DNA of 63,841 nt, filler included, from Hausera hauseri (GCA_046269625.1; 12 parts of 12 records of this genome joined end to end with filler, not necessarily neighbours in it); one strand, 5' to 3'. Shown: positions 25,584-38,257, numbered from the whole stretch's first letter. Program-made: numbers and translations. The notes: generated from the sequence alone by a model not told the origin.

Positions 25584-26602
25584 TAATTTGAGAAAGGTGA
25601 CAAAGTGGAAACCTTTATTGGAAAATGCGAGAGATACTTCAACTTCATAAAGATGTCGGAGACGGACTGAGAAATCACGGTCCTCTGCCTGTTGGCGGAA
25701 GAAGCACAGGAAAAATACCATATGGTGAGCCAGAATGTTAAAGGGTACCAAAATCGGTTGAGAAAAGCCTTTGAAAAACCCACAGCGCTGTGTGAAGATC
25801 TGCGGGAGGCCTTGGACTACAGAATAAAGGGTGCCGAACCGGCAGCTTACTTCAACAAAATCGAGAAGCTGGTGAAGAGCATCCTTAGCCACAAAATAAC
25901 ACTGGGAGCGCTAACAGAGGAATTGATGATCCACTGTTGTGACGATCCGGAGATCAGAAAGGAAATCTACCGCCGTGAAGAAAAAAGGGTAAATACAGAA
26001 AGTTCACGAGGTGGCAACAAAGGTGGAAGAGATAAATACACTCAGAGAATACACTAAAAATGTTCGACGGAGTTATCGAGATGTGGTGGTGCACAAATTT
26101 GGCACACCAAGACAAGAAGAAGGGATTTCAAACCACACAATACGCAAACAAAGAGGATGATGAAATGCTGGTCGTGCCAGAAAGACAGGAATACAAGCCG
26201 GACATGCAACCTCCAACAAGTACCAAGATGTTTTGGCTGCTGGAAAGAAAGTCACATTAGCAGGAATTGTCCGGAAAGGAAATCCATAATATGCTATAGG
26301 TGCGGTCACCAAGGACACATAAGACGAAACTGCATAAACATAAAATGCAACAGATGTCACAATAGAGGGCACAGGGAAGTAGAATGCTATACAAAATTGA
26401 ACAAGAGCAGAAGCAGAAAAAAATGAATATCGACAAATTCAAACGTGCGGGTTATGGTCAGAAAAGATATGGAGAGAGGGTGAACAGCAGACACGCATTC
26501 GTTACAAATATTGTCGAAGACTATGAAGAATCAATTACAGAGTCGACAATCCCAAAAGGCATAGCCTCGACAGAAGTGGAGCTAGTCAGGGCATTATATT
26601 AA
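25584..26602 (+). pseudogene. gag: Gypsy gag, family B, with four tandem zinc knuckles
   Basis: CWSCQKDRNTSRTC (degenerate), CFGCWKESHISRNC, CYRCGHQGHIRRNC, CNRCHNRGHREVEC. Confidence 0.85.
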
Positions 26603-26822
26603 ACAATTACGAAGGCTCCCAAAATATTCAAGGTATGCACAAATATTGAAGAAATGAGGGAAAGAACAGAGGAAAAGCTACGGAGGTTCATAAAAAAGGA
26701 AACGTTTGGGGACAGAAACGAAGATGTACGATTTACAGAAAGTCAAAACGAGAAACTCCATGAAGAGAGGATTTTTTTCCTTGGAAGGATTGACGGAAAA
26801 GATTACCACGTTCGATAAACTA

Positions 26823-27251
26823 CAAATATTTTGGATCTCTGTATTATGTGATGGTTACTTGATTGACGCAACAATACTTATGCAATGTTTACACACATTT
26901 TGTATAAATTGCATTTGTAAGTACACCGAAAGCAACCGTTATTGTCCGCTCTGTCAGTATTTAATTCAAGAAACCCGATTGGATAAAGGTTGTACGAAGC
27001 TAGATGTAGTTCTACAAAAGGCCATTTATAAACTTGTTCCAAAGCTTATGAAATCAGAAATGAATAAAATCAAATATGAATCCGGTATTTACCTTCTCTG
27101 TTCACCATTGATCAAAATCGATCAGGTGAAGAAACTGATTCTCAACAAATACCACCTCAATCCAATGGAGTACAACGTCAAGTTGTGGTACGATAGCGAT
27201 TGTCTTACTGCCGATATTGCATTTCAAAAAATGCTTTTAACAACAAATTGA
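26823..27251 (+). pseudogene. Polycomb group RING finger (PCGF/BMI1/Psc-like) fragment: RING plus partial RAWUL
   Basis: LCDGYLIDAT..QCLHTFC.NCI.KY.E..YCPLC...D..LQ..IYKLVP.L.K.EM matches the BMI1 RING, with the first Cys replaced by Ser. YLLCS...I..VKKLI.NK resembles RAWUL. Confidence 0.85.
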
Positions 27252-27657
27252 ACAAAATGAGCCCTAATCAGTCGTCAAATACACTCAAAAGCATAACTTT
27301 ATACATCTAACAAATTCATCAGATGGAAAGAAAAATCCTTCACAAAACAAAGATCTTGTCGGATTCGTCAAAGACAAAATATCCAAGTCGGACAAACATG
27401 GAAAACACGTAGATTATCCCATGTATTTGGATACGCCAACTCCGTCAAGTTTTACATACGATATTGCCGGATTTTCCGTCCCTTTTATATATCGTTTACT
27501 GTGACATTTTTATGTATTTAAAAGTTTTGTTTTATTAATATACAATTTTAGCTCGAATTTGAAAATTCCACCCATTTGGCTATTTTGTTTTTTTTTTCGA
27601 ATTTTATACACCATAGTAAAAGTTTTTTTGAGTATTTAAGGTTCAAATTTTATCATC

Positions 27658-28575
27658 ATGACAAGCAAGCCAGATTACAGTACAACTAGGCAACAGTTGT
27701 GGAATTTATGGCGAAGTAAATATAATGAATTCGCGTATCAACAAGAAAAGAAATCTATAACAGTTGTATTGAAATACGCAGTAGCGAAAAATGAAGTAGC
27801 CAAAATAACGACCTTTGTTCAAACTAAATCATGGTTACCAACACCTTATTTATTGCTGCGAGATAATATTCAGGACCAAACCGATAATGATATCATTACA
27901 AAAGTAAACGATAAACTGTGGGATTTCAATTTTAATTACCTCAAAGGTCGTTATGTTTTTTATTTTCATCGGTCCATATTTTAAGAGAAACAATGGAGAT
28001 ACAATATTCTGGCTATTTTTGCTACGGACTTCCCATTGACGAAGATTTTTACTAGGACATTATCGGCGACAAGCAGTTAAAACTTGATTATTTCAAAGGT
28101 CTTGAAGATCGATTTAAAAAATTGGTCAGAGATAAGCAAAAATTTGAACGATTAGAAGTTTCTGTTGATCGATTGTTGGAAATCTTTAAGTATAATACGT
28201 TCAAATGTCAAATTTTGAAAGAGAAAGCCGACAAACCGAAAACAACGATATATCATGGAGGTGATTTGACTGATTTGAGTTAAGGTCAGTACGTAAGAAA
28301 TATCGGAAATATCAAAGCGATGTACGTTACGAAAAAAGGTGCATTATGTTTGGAAGGTAATACCAAAATGGAATCATTACAGAGTTTATATAGCATTTCA
28401 TTGCCTGAAAAGAAACAACTCGACAGATGGAAGTCGTTTCGCGACGAAACGAAGAAACGAGATCACCAACGATTTGGTGTCAAACAAAAATTGTTTAACT
28501 TCCACAAATTGTCTCTTAGTTTAGCACTTTTCAAGCCACAAGAAAACGTAGTTTATGAAAAGTTAATTGTTCTAA
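27658..28575 (+). pseudogene. TARS: Cytoplasmic threonyl-tRNA synthetase N-terminal half (TGS and editing domains), disrupted
   Basis: KSW.PTPY, I.KVN..LWD, CYG.PI, KQKFERLEV, FKYN.FKC.IL.EK, EGN..MESLQ.LY.IS.P and KKRDH match eukaryotic ThrRS. Stops, frameshifts and truncation are present. Confidence 0.88.
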
Positions 28576-29931
28576 TAAAGGCGGATATCCAAGACGAGGT
28601 TTCAATTGTATTCGTACCATTAACAGTAGGACTAATAAATTGTGTCAGAAAATTTACCCGGTTATTTCGCGGCACTCGGATGAGAATTTTTTCAACAAGG
28701 TAATGTTGGTATTTCTATTCATTTCAAATTTTAAAAATTCTCACGATAATAATAACGGTTATACGTTCTGCCCCGTTTTGGAAAGGTATGCTGATTATCT
28801 GTACGTCGATACCAACTACTTTTTCGATATAACTTGCAACGACCTTCCGCTAACTCTGACCAGAATGGCATCTGTTCCCCCTCAACCAGGTTTACTGACG
28901 GCCTTTTGCGCACACCACAACATACCATTCTACTTAGCTGTTGAACCAAACAGATTTGCCAATCAGATAATGAAGAACCACAAAGGTATCACTCGACATG
29001 TCTGACATATCGGTATTCAGTCTTATCAAGGTTACTAATGCTATCATATTTCCAAGGCGCACAGTCAATAATAGAGGTAGCCGTACTACTACAGTACCTA
29101 TAATGCTTTTCTACAATGGACGTACCATGCTTCTCACTTCTCGACTGGCCTCTACTTCTGACAGATTGTACTGGCTACGCAACTCACTCAGAAATTCATA
29201 TTTATATCACTGTTTGGGTTACGCACCTATGTCTAATCATATTATCTATGGTCCAACAACAAGCATTGAGGGTCAACAAAATCAGTACGGGGCTCGAGAT
29301 AGCGTTTTTCTTGATGATCCATCATATGGTCATATTCCTGTTGATTTTTTCCGGCACTGTGAACAGACGAACGACGTTTCGTTCAGTGGAGATCGGCTGT
29401 TGGAATTGTACCTACACAATGTACTTAATAGTCGCATGGCCAATCAGGAACGGAGTATCACAGTTGTTTGCAAAAACCCAGTAGCAACGGTCATTAGCAA
29501 CCGGCGACCGGACTGAGTAATCGTCAGTGTTCGCTTCGGTATCAATTCTACTGATCCAGTAAGGTGCCGCAATATGTTGAGGTATACGGCAGGAAGGCAC
29601 ACATGCCCAATTGATTAACAAAGAGCCGCACTGTTGAAATCGGTTTATACAAATCAGAACTAACACATAACGACACGTCGCTTACTATCCATGTGGCGCC
29701 CATTAGGAATGCTAACGATATGATCGTTATCGATTTCATCAAAGTATTTACCCGCCTTATGGCATCATTATCTTGGCTGGCTGACAAACAAACGCTACTC
29801 AGAGGCAAGGATTTATTTGCTTTGTGCAAGCAACAACCAAGCAATCCCCCGTCCAATCTCAGAAGCGGTTCTAATATGGGCAATATTGCAAAATACGTGC
29901 AAAAAAGAAATACTGCTGAAGTAACATTGCA

Positions 29932-31968
29932 TACGAGGAACTCGGTTACCCCGAAGTTTGGGATTCGCCGCGGCGAGGCTGAAGTCCCGGCCGCCCATAA
30001 TATGCCATTAGGTCAGACGGCACCGTTCGCTGACGTCCCACCACACGCCCTTGGCTATACGCACACCTTATTTTTTGTTTTTTAAACAATAAACACATTT
30101 ACACAATTGCATCAATACACGCAATCATCACAGACTTCTACAACGCTATTTCTACTTTTCTTCACTCATCCGACTTTTATATCACACACCATAACACTAC
30201 AATACCCATCGCTGGAATCCTACTATCTCCTTCAACTTATATCCACCTCCATATACACTTCCGCATCCGTGGTGGCATGAATACGTCGCTAATCATAGAC
30301 ATCACGGATAAAACCACCACGACACCAAAATCTGTGATACTGCTTCAAAAACCCACCCCTACTTCTGCTAATAACTTTCACCTACTACCTCTTCCGCTCC
30401 TTTCCCTCACTGCACTGAATTTTTCATTGACAACCAAGGCTCTAGCAAAACTTAGTTGCAATTCCACCAATTGTGGCTACAAGCCAATAATGTCACCGAT
30501 TCCTTAACTAAGGCACACAACCTCCTCTTCTTACTCCCTAACAACATCAAAACACGAATCCATAACATTATCGAAATCTTTGAACTTCATGATCCATATT
30601 CACAACTCTTCAACGCTGTTCTTAAAAACACTGAACCCTGAATGGACACGATCATACAACGCTTCTTCCACGACAATGCTATAGGCGCACAACGACCATC
30701 AGACTTTTTACGCACCTCTCTAGAACATCTACAAACCCTCGGTATCACTAAAGAACACAGTTCAGAACTACTGAGCCACTACTTCCTCAACGCGTTACCC
30801 ATCCAAATTCGGGCTGTACTTGCCGTAGTGGAGGACTCCACGGCTCTTGAAAAATTGGCCGAATTATCCGATAAAACACACGACGTCCTACACTTAAATA
30901 CCCCACCAATCGTTTCGGCGACAGTTGCCACTACCGGTACCCCAAACAATAATACATCAATCGAGCAACAACTAAATCAGCTATGTGCCGAAAATACAGC
31001 ACTAAAAGCAATAATTAACAATATAAACAACAAATTAAACGAACTTTCCATGTCCCGGCGAAGGGATTTTGTTAATGACCGCGCCCATTCTGCATCTAGT
31101 AACCGGTCATCATCGCCTGCCCGGTCGTCAATCTGCTATTATCACAGCAGATTCAATAAGAATGCCAAGAAATGCAGCCTAGGGTGCAAATTTTACAACA
31201 AAAGTTTTTCTTCAGACACCGTTGTTTGCATCTATCATGCAAGGTTTAAAAGCCAAGCTCGTGGATGCATTTCAGGCTGCACTTGCAAACCAGGTACGAA
31301 TGATGGACGTGATACCTTTTTTTAATAGCCGTCCTAGTTCACCTTTTCAAAAAAACTAAATTTGCCGTCAGAAGTCACGTCAAACTCTGGCAAAGGTACT
31401 ACTTCACTTTCTGAATGTAGACACGTCTCTCTTGCTGTCTTTACTCTAAACGCTGCAATCACTGCTTCTACAACGCAGTCCGTTGATTTCCTAATTGATA
31501 CAGGTGCAGCGATTTCCTTATTACCATAAACCTTTCCTACCCAGAATTCACCATTCAGAATTAAGCCCTTATACACCGCTTCAGGTCAACCGTTGCACAT
31601 CTCTGTCATGGCTAAACTATCTTTTATCTTACCAAAATTTCCTTCACCTTTCCACTGGCCGTTCACAGTTGCTAACGTCCAGACGGCAATTCTATGGTCT
31701 GATTTTCTATAACATTATAATTTATTGGTTGACTGCAGTCAACGATGTCTGAGGAGCGGCATCCCTGGCAGCATTACTGAGCATATAAATAGCATTTCGA
31801 ATACCGCGCAGTCGATCGAGACGCGGCGATCAATTTTGAGAAAACCAAAAACTACTTTGAACTTCCGCAATATTTCATTCCGTAAATTTTTAAATAGTAA
31901 TATTGATATTCAATCGAGGTTCAATGTCGCTAATTGTGGTACTGTCACCAATCTTAATTCACTTGCAC
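29932..31968 (+). mobile_element. Gypsy family A copy 1: 5' LTR (29932-30265), gag, protease, truncated
   Basis: LTR ends TTCCGCA and is homologous to 41947-42287 and 55831-56165. Gag has CYYH.RF...A.KC...C.F. Protease has FLIDTGA. Confidence 0.9.
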
Positions 31969-32065
31969 CAAATATTTTGGATCTCTGCATTATGTGATGG
32001 TTACTTGATTGACGCAACAATACTTATGCAATGTTTACACACATTTTGTATAAATTGCATTTGTA
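31969..32065 (+). repeat. Second copy of the PCGF RING start
   Basis: 97 nt matching 26823-26919 with one mismatch, running to the contig end. Confidence 0.92.
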
Positions 32066-32165
32066 NNNNNNNNNNNNNNNNNNNNNNNNNNNNNNNNNNN
32101 NNNNNNNNNTTAATTAATTAANNNNNNNNNNNNNNNNNNNNNNNNNNNNNNNNNNNNNNNNNNNN

Positions 32166-35100
32166 ATGAAAATAAAACTCAAAATGCCGCTAATCGCAGC
32201 ACAAGATATGACAATAGGAATTTTAGTGATAATCGGAACACATAATCCTTACAACAAAACAAGTTATATTTAGGATAGGAACCAAAATAACGACTGAAAC
32301 AATAAGAACCGATATACAGATAATCGAACTTTCGAAAATAGAAATAATGGAATCGATAAGCAAGCTCAACCGACTCAAAACAAAATGACAGGCAGACCCA
32401 AATCACCAGTAAATGAATACAGACGACAAAGGATCGACCGAGACGGGAATCTGATTTGTTATTCATGTAGTAAGGAAGGACATATAGCTAGATTATGCCC
32501 TAATCCACGAAGCGTATCATTTTCAGAGACCAGTAAAGCTGGCACGATAAACGATAATTTGGAAAGAATCTATGGAAAACAAGGTGATATAAGCATGATA
32601 ATCGAAATGCAAGACTTACGAATATATATAAGAAATATGGGCAAATCTAATAATCCACAAGTAATCAATGCCAGGAAGGAGTATGAAAAGTTGCAACTAA
32701 TGAAAGTTTATCATGGGTTAAGAGAACCAAAAACAGAGTATGAGAATGCTATAGCACCTAAGAATACTAACATGGACAGGAAAAGAAACCTAAATCAAGT
32801 AGTGGAAGAGGGAAAGCCGACTACGTCTCCAAGTGTAGACTTGGACGCAGATACTGAGGTCGTGTCTCGAAATAATGACAAAACAACAGACAAGGTTGAG
32901 AGTGAATTCATTGGCCCACTAATACTCAAGATAACGAAAAATAGGGGTAGAAGCCCTTCACTTAGGAAAAGGTCGCGAACTCGTTCACGATCCCCTATTA
33001 GGAAGGATTTAAAAAAAGAGGAAGATTTCATCATCACTTTAAGATATGAAACGGAGTAAAACACTCATGTTATAACCCAAGGCTTTCCAAAAGCAACAGA
33101 TATTTCAAATATTGATGAAATTAATGAAATATGTCCATTACCACCTAGTAAAGAGGAATCAGAAGAGGAAAAATCTGTTAAGTTTTGGAGGATTAGAAAA
33201 TCTTGGAAAAATGCAAACGAACTAACCAAAATAAGGGATACAATAAATGATCCGGGAAGGCTGCATGAGAGTCTGCAGAAACTCCAGCCGATGAGCAAAC
33301 AGTTGGATATCTCCGGAAAAGAACAACAATTCATAGAAAAGCTATATAAAAAGCTTAAACCCGGCTCTCAGAAAAAGGAAAAAACACACCTTATGAACTC
33401 CAAGAGACGCCGCAATAATTGATTGGAAGTTGGCAAAATAAATTAAAACTGTGGACAAGGTGTGGGATCAACTTTACGAAAATATGGTGGAGTAGAAATG
33501 AGCCGTTTCTCGATCAGGTTAATCAAGCGCAAGGACTATTAAACGCACTAAAAGATAACCCAAAATTGAAACGCGTAAGACGTAACTTAGAAGGATTGAT
33601 ATATGAGATCGAAGATGCGATAATTTCTTATCTGCATAACAAGCCAGTTTATGAACTGACTAATGCCGACCTAGAGATATTGGGCATAAACCAAATCGAT
33701 ATCCCCCTTTAATAGCAATGTGCAGCCTGATAAAGGATAACCCTCGAAAATACTCAGATTTAAAATTACGTATTGAAAAAGAAAATGACATACGAACTAA
33801 AATCAACAACTTCAGGAGCGGTGCAGTTCACCCTGAAGGAACAGAAGCACAGAGAATAGCACGCGCTTGTCTTCTCAAGTTAGATGAGTATAAAGAAGAA
33901 TTCAACTACATGAAACATATTATAGAATTTGTAAGAGGGCCAGATCACGAACTAAAAGAAGCTCTTGGGACATTAGACGAAATAATCTACGCTAAACCAG
34001 CAATATCTAAACACCTAAAGAAGTGGATAGAATTGTTACCTTCCATAGCAGGGATAATAAATAAAAGACTAAGGGAATTCGCTATGGTTAAGCCTATAAT
34101 GAGACACCAATTGGAAGAAATGTTACTAGATGTCGATACAATGGAAGACAAAGCGAAATTGCGAATTAAATTCGAATCGTTTCGCGAACTGGAATTTATG
34201 AGCAGAGATCAAGATCAAACAACACTAAGAGAGATATATATTATGATAGAAGAAAAGGAATTCTACAGAAAAAGAAACAAGCTAGGTGATCTTCAGCGAA
34301 GTTTAGCGAACATCCGTTGGGAAGGGATACAGAGCTTAATGCAAAAACTGTTGAAGGAAATCTCAACGCAGGAAATTGAAACATTGGAAGTATGTAACGA
34401 TCACCGGATTGCTCTGGAGCAAACACTACAATATTTACAGAACCCAGCAGAATGGACACCAGATTTCGACCTACATTGCCTCACCGAACTAACGGAAATT
34501 AGGAAGGATCTTCAGTTGACGGGCGACAAAGCCAAGTTAATAGGCAGGTTAATGGACGCAATAGATCAGGACGCTGAAGTATTAAATCAAACGCACAAAT
34601 TAATCCTACTATTAACAGAAATGGCAGAAATTGACGAAGTAGTAGCCAGACGACTAACAAATCGAATACGTCTGGTAAAAGAAACCCGGTTACGCTCCGA
34701 GAAAAGACAGCACGAGCCAAACGAATTACTGAGGGAAACAGACGTTTATAAGAACAAGTATTCCTTTACGGAATCTGAAATTAACGACAAAATGGAATTT
34801 ATACAAAGATGGCAAAGGGACAGAATCGCAGAAGTGACTAACTACCAGGAGAAAGCCTTGATGCAACCAGAAGAAATGTGCCGATTAATAAAATTCATAC
34901 AACAAGCTTGTGGAAACCGAGATGGATTTAGGATATCCATAATGAAAACATTGCAACCACAGATAAAAGAACTACACGAAAGAGTCCAGGATGGACACGC
35001 GGCATTAATGAACTACGAGTTACCTGACGCAGATAACGATGCCGAGTGGGATGAATGTCTCCAAGGTTTAAACGGTCAAAGTCAAAGAACTCCAATACAA

Positions 35101-36218
35101 ATTTATGAGTCACCTACTGGTACCCAGAAGACGAAATTCGATGTGCAAATGCTACTTGATCCCACGCTAGCCAAAAGGAATTGAGCAGTGTGTTAAAATT
35201 AAACATAAGTGAAGATAGGTTAAGGAAATTGATTCCAACCTTGACCAAGCTATCCAATGAAAACACCGCATACAGCGCTGTACCCAAGCTCCTAATAAGA
35301 GAATACGCCAAACTATTGAAAAATAAACCAGAGGCGGAAATTAAAGTGAAAGTATCATCCGAAGGGATGGACGACGAGGAATTTGAATGCACTTCCTATA
35401 CCACCGTTGGAGATATAAAACAGCGGATAATAGATAAGGATGGTAGGAAAGGATTTAGTTACCGACTCTATTTCAGGGGCAGAATACTATACGACCTAGA
35501 ATCCTTGACATACATAGGGATTATACCCTTCGAAGAAAATCAAATAATAGCAATAATTGCCAGTGAGCAAACCAAAGATGAAGCCATGAGGAAGGCACAT
35601 ACAGAGCACTGCGTTGGGAGAATCATGGGGATTAAGTATGCCGCAATGTATTTCGGATACTTACAGACTGATGATGACAAACCGCAATACGATAGAAACT
35701 TAGTCCCTCTAAGCGAAATTTCACCACCGATGAAAGCGAAACGACCGGTCGGAAGACCGAGAAGAATAAAAGAAATTGACTACAATGCTGACCTAATTAG
35801 GGAATTGAGACAACTATCGGTACCAACCCCGAGTTCAGATAATGAAGAACTTATTGAGCTAATGAAAGACTTAATTATGATAGTCAATTATACCGGCCTC
35901 CAAGGCGATATAATATCCGAGAAGGAATGACTAATATATAATATAGCCCGGACAATGAAAACTTCACGATTTAAATTATCTAAAAGCACCCTCCCTAATG
36001 AAACAGTAATTGATGGAATTATGATAGACAATACGATGGAAGAATTAAAGAAAGTCTTGATATAATTAGCAGTAAGAACTAACCCTCTCCGGGAAAACGA
36101 ATTTGACAAGATAATTGGATTAGCTAGAAAAGCTGCAAGAAGGGTACTTAAAGAGATAAAATGGACTAAATTATTCGAAAAAGAGGAGGATACAAAAGGG
36201 ACTAATAAGATAGAGGAC
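32166..36218 (+). pseudogene. Extended Gag polyprotein: N/R/D-rich linker, CCHC knuckle, RS-rich segment, long helical region, ubiquitin-like domain, AT-hook-like motif
   Basis: CYSCSKEGHIARLC at 32457-32498. ORFs 32385, 33419, 33718 and 35181 join into one frame when compared with the paralog at 60027-63841. Confidence 0.8.
35337..35561 (+). other. Ubiquitin-like (beta-grasp) domain
   Basis: IKVKV...TTVGDIKQRIIDKDG....RLYFRGRILYD.ESL..IGI parallels ubiquitin TI..VK.KI.DKEG....RLIF.GK.L.D..TL. No C-terminal GG. Confidence 0.75.
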
Positions 36219-37354
36219 ATGATACGAAATATCTCTCCAAACAAAGGAACCGAATCCAATTGGTTAATCAACTTGCTGACGATAATAATGTTAGTAAATC
36301 AGATAGGAGCAGTCACTATATACGACTGCGACAAATTCAAGGTGGGTCAAAAATATTTCTTGATGGACTTAGAAACATGTGAAGATGCGAGATCCCACAA
36401 GCTCGAGACAGCAGAAAAGAAATATATGCTATACCAACAACGTGAATTAATTGCAATGGATGCGACGGAATGCATGATACGGAAATCCCGCAGCGTATTT
36501 CATTGTGGTAGTATGCACGGACATTCTTCAATAATCGAACCAACCACACCATTAATCCCAATAAACGTGGATAGACAGCACTGTTTAGGAGCCCGCATAA
36601 CCAGAAAAATGGTTTTGGACAGTATGAAGTTAGAGGCCCATGCAGGAAAGATAATTAGAGCTTACAAAGTGGCAGTAGGAAAATTAAACATGCACACCGG
36701 TTATTGCGTCGGAGTAGAATATGACACCAGAAAGGGAAATGAAGCAGGGATAGTAGTTGCGGATTTTTACGAAACCGAATTAAGATTCCTAAAAGCGATG
36801 TTTCATAGTGTTACAAAACTATTTACCGAAAATCAAAATGTTGCATTCAAGATGGTGCTTGCACGTTCCGAAGCTCAGTCGTTGTATGGAGCCCACTTTC
36901 CAAGAGAGATTGCAACTTCATCAAAATCAAAGAGTTAAAGTTTAACGAGACAACCGGAAAACGTTATACAAATAAATTACACACTAATACTAGATCAAGG
37001 GAAGACGTAATAGAACATCCCACACCAACGATCTTGATATCGGGTGCACATGGGTTAAAGTTTATTAGAAAGGATATGTTAACACGTTGTGATGTAGTTA
37101 TGTATGCCACCAAATACGAAGCGTTTTCGTAGCAGAAACAGAAATTGAAATGAAAACGTACGATTTAAAAACATGAAATGTGCGGATTGAGGATTACCTA
37201 AAAAATCGAGACGACTATTTCTATTAGAAAGGGCAGACCGGAATAGCAGAACTATACCACAAAATGATAACGAATGACTGCAGATTAGATACTGAAGTCA
37301 TGAGAACCAAACTGGCCTTAATTTATGCCAACCCAGAATTGGCATCACTAATTA
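36219..37354 (+). pseudogene. env: Chuvirus-like / gB-type class III fusion glycoprotein (env), 3'-truncated by the contig end
   Basis: Signal-like WLINLLTIIMLVNQIGA, then YDC, C, Q...A.EC.I.....FHCG..H.S.I and G.C.G.EY. After frameshifts: C..QDG.C......VW......C, RCD..MYAT and YL.N..DY......LYH.M...DC.L.....RT.LAL....P, the cysteine pattern of Chuviridae G. Confidence 0.8.
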
Positions 37355-37929
37355 NNNNNNNNNNNNNNNNNNNNNNNNNNNNNNNNNNNNNNNNNNNNTT
37401 AATTAATTAANNNNNNNNNNNNNNNNNNNNNNNNNNNNNNNNNNNNNNNNNNNNAACATCGCTCGTTCAAGCCTGAAAGAATCCGATAAAATCCATGGTG
37501 TGTGAAAATTGAAATTTACGACACATTGAAATTTTACAATGCGACCTTTAATTCTGTCAGTCAATTAAAATTGCCATTATCTGATGTTAATATTTTATTT
37601 GATGAAAATTTTTATGTAATATCTGACTTAGAACAAAACGAAATCGGTTTGAATTAAATGGAGAAATGTTACGCAACGAATTATCCCATTGTTCTGTTGC
37701 TCATAAGAATTTGGAAAATTTAGTGAATTTTCACGAAGCAGAGTCAAATAAATACTGAAAAATCGATTTCCCACAATGCAAATGTTCGGAGTTTACAAAA
37801 TGCAAAAAAGATTATAGCGATTCAAAAAGAATCCGAGTTTGTCCATTCGCCATTCACATATTGGTTTCAGTTTCAACAGAACAAATTGGTGTATAACGGA
37901 AATATGATCAATCAACAAGTTTCAGAGGT

Positions 37930-38030
37930 CTGGTTACCAGAAGACCGCCGGTGCGTCCCTCCTGGAAATACCAATCTTGTCACGGGGAGGGGGTGAATGT
38001 AGTGCCCACATTCACCCAATGGTGCACAGA
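37930..38030 (+). mobile_element. Gypsy 3'-end fragment: integrase tail, PPT and LTR start
   Basis: GGGGAGGGGGTGAA followed by TGTAGTG, preceded by a VTR..R.VRP-like tail. Confidence 0.5.
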
Positions 38031-38257
38031 ATAAGCATCTATGTGGATTTTGAACAGATGACAAGTGTTTGCTTATGTAAATCAAATAAGTAATTTTATG
38101 CTTGATTTTTTTAACATTGTAAAGCTTGACTAATTTATTTACCCTAAAGTTATGTCAAATCCTTTAGAGAATGGTTCTTTATTATCCAGCTAGATTATAG
38201 TAAATGTTTATGATATTTTTAAATTTAACAATTACATTGACCGTCCTGAAAACAGTG

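Noticed and set aside
26706-27251. The 181-aa ORF as a genuine retroelement-PCGF fusion protein
   Set aside because: It uses a TTG start, the N-terminal part is decayed Gypsy spacer joined at a breakpoint, and the RING lacks its first Cys.
27380-27480. KHVDYPMYLD as a ubiquitin-specific protease fragment
   Set aside because: Too short, and there is no Cys or His box nearby.
29932-29965. GGTTACCCCG as a tRNA-Trp-like PBS, implying LTR-less family A elements
   Set aside because: The shared block is bounded by TGCGG...CCGCA and followed by TGGTGG and the gag ATG, so it is an ordinary LTR of about 335 bp.
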